Assembly (NCBI GenBank): GCA_028534125.1 | Contig: CM052816.1 | Location: 94,428,001-94,492,000, forward strand | Length of the DNA: 64,000 nucleotides | Reading direction: 5' to 3' | Origin: Lama glama | Lineage: Eukaryota | The notes under the pieces: generated by a model | What the model was told of the DNA's origin: nothing | The model's database searches: none | The model's input: only the letters and a program-made list of their open reading frames with translations | Made by a program: the position numbers and the translations under genes | Shown here: piece after piece, positions 63,229-64,000 of the stretch | How the letters are laid out: each line of letters begins with the position of its first letter | How positions within the stretch are numbered: the first letter of the stretch is position 1

Positions 63229-64000
63229 AAATCTTGTTTCTTTAGACTTACCAGAATACATACCTCAGGCACAATTTTTAACCTTTATGAACATTATTAT
63301 GAATGTTTTATAAATGAAAGATATTTAATGTGTTAAACACAGTTGCATAATAGGCATAATAGGCATTCAGTGTAAATTAGCTAAAAATATGAATGGCATG
63401 CAAATAATCAGAAGAATAATTGTACCTTCAAAGTAATTGAAAACAACAGTATAGGAAAAAGATACATTATCAAGCAAAAAATTAAATTTTGGATTGAAAT
63501 AATAAAACTTTTTTAAACTGGCACTCATATTGTTTTTCTATACATAAATTCATCTATATTTTATGGACAGTCTGACTTGTCACTGTAGATACAAAGATGA
63601 ATTAGATTTAGAGATTTAAAGGCAATGATACATCTAATAAAGTGGAAATGGGGATTTTGTTGGCAAGCCGGAGGAAGAGATGGGGTTGCAAAAGTTATAG
63701 TACACAGATGAGTTGTGATTAAGCTACAGATATGCACTAACTATTAAAGAAACACAGATTCATGTCTAATCTTAATCCAAGCCCTGTCCCGACTGTGAAA
63801 AATAGGGGAACAGAGACATCCATGGGCAACAGAGTCTAATTCTTTGAGCTGTTCATGTACGGTTATCTCTGGAAGTGTGTGCATGTAGTATTTAATTCAA
63901 CCTGGAAGCAATAAGTTGCCTGAAGCAGAGAGATGAAAGTAATGTATAAAAATTAAATTCTGCTCATGTCAGTGATGCTGTCTCTGAATGCCCTGATTGG

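Overview
This is mammalian, apparently non-coding genomic DNA, almost certainly from a camelid: it holds two tRNA-Ala-derived Vic-1-type SINEs and young L1 3' ends of cetartiodactyl/camelid type. I find no recognisable protein-coding exon, RNA gene or CpG island. The long ORFs in the track are artefacts of N-gaps, a minisatellite or L1 ORF2 remnants. A large part of the window is interspersed repeat: L1 (several with clear target-site duplications, TSDs), L2, MIR, ERV1/ERVL/MaLR solo LTRs and hAT/Tigger fossils (MER82, MER47/Tigger5, MER2B, MER58B, MER20, MER5), with several clean nested insertions. There are three fixed-length assembly gaps. L1 orientation bias and T-rich + strand tracts hint that this is a long intron of a + strand gene, which I cannot name. 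I cannot support a novel biological system. The best leads are: (1) a candidate recursive splice site at 33794/33795; (2) a ~33-unit 16-bp minisatellite whose unit pairs a SOX motif with a RUNX motif; (3) a young, doubly truncated, TSD-less L1 ORF2 fragment at 62.8 kb; (4) a templated-insertion scar in a young L1 at 31.1 kb. Repeat family names come from my recall of consensus sequences, not a search. Boundaries of old elements are approximate.
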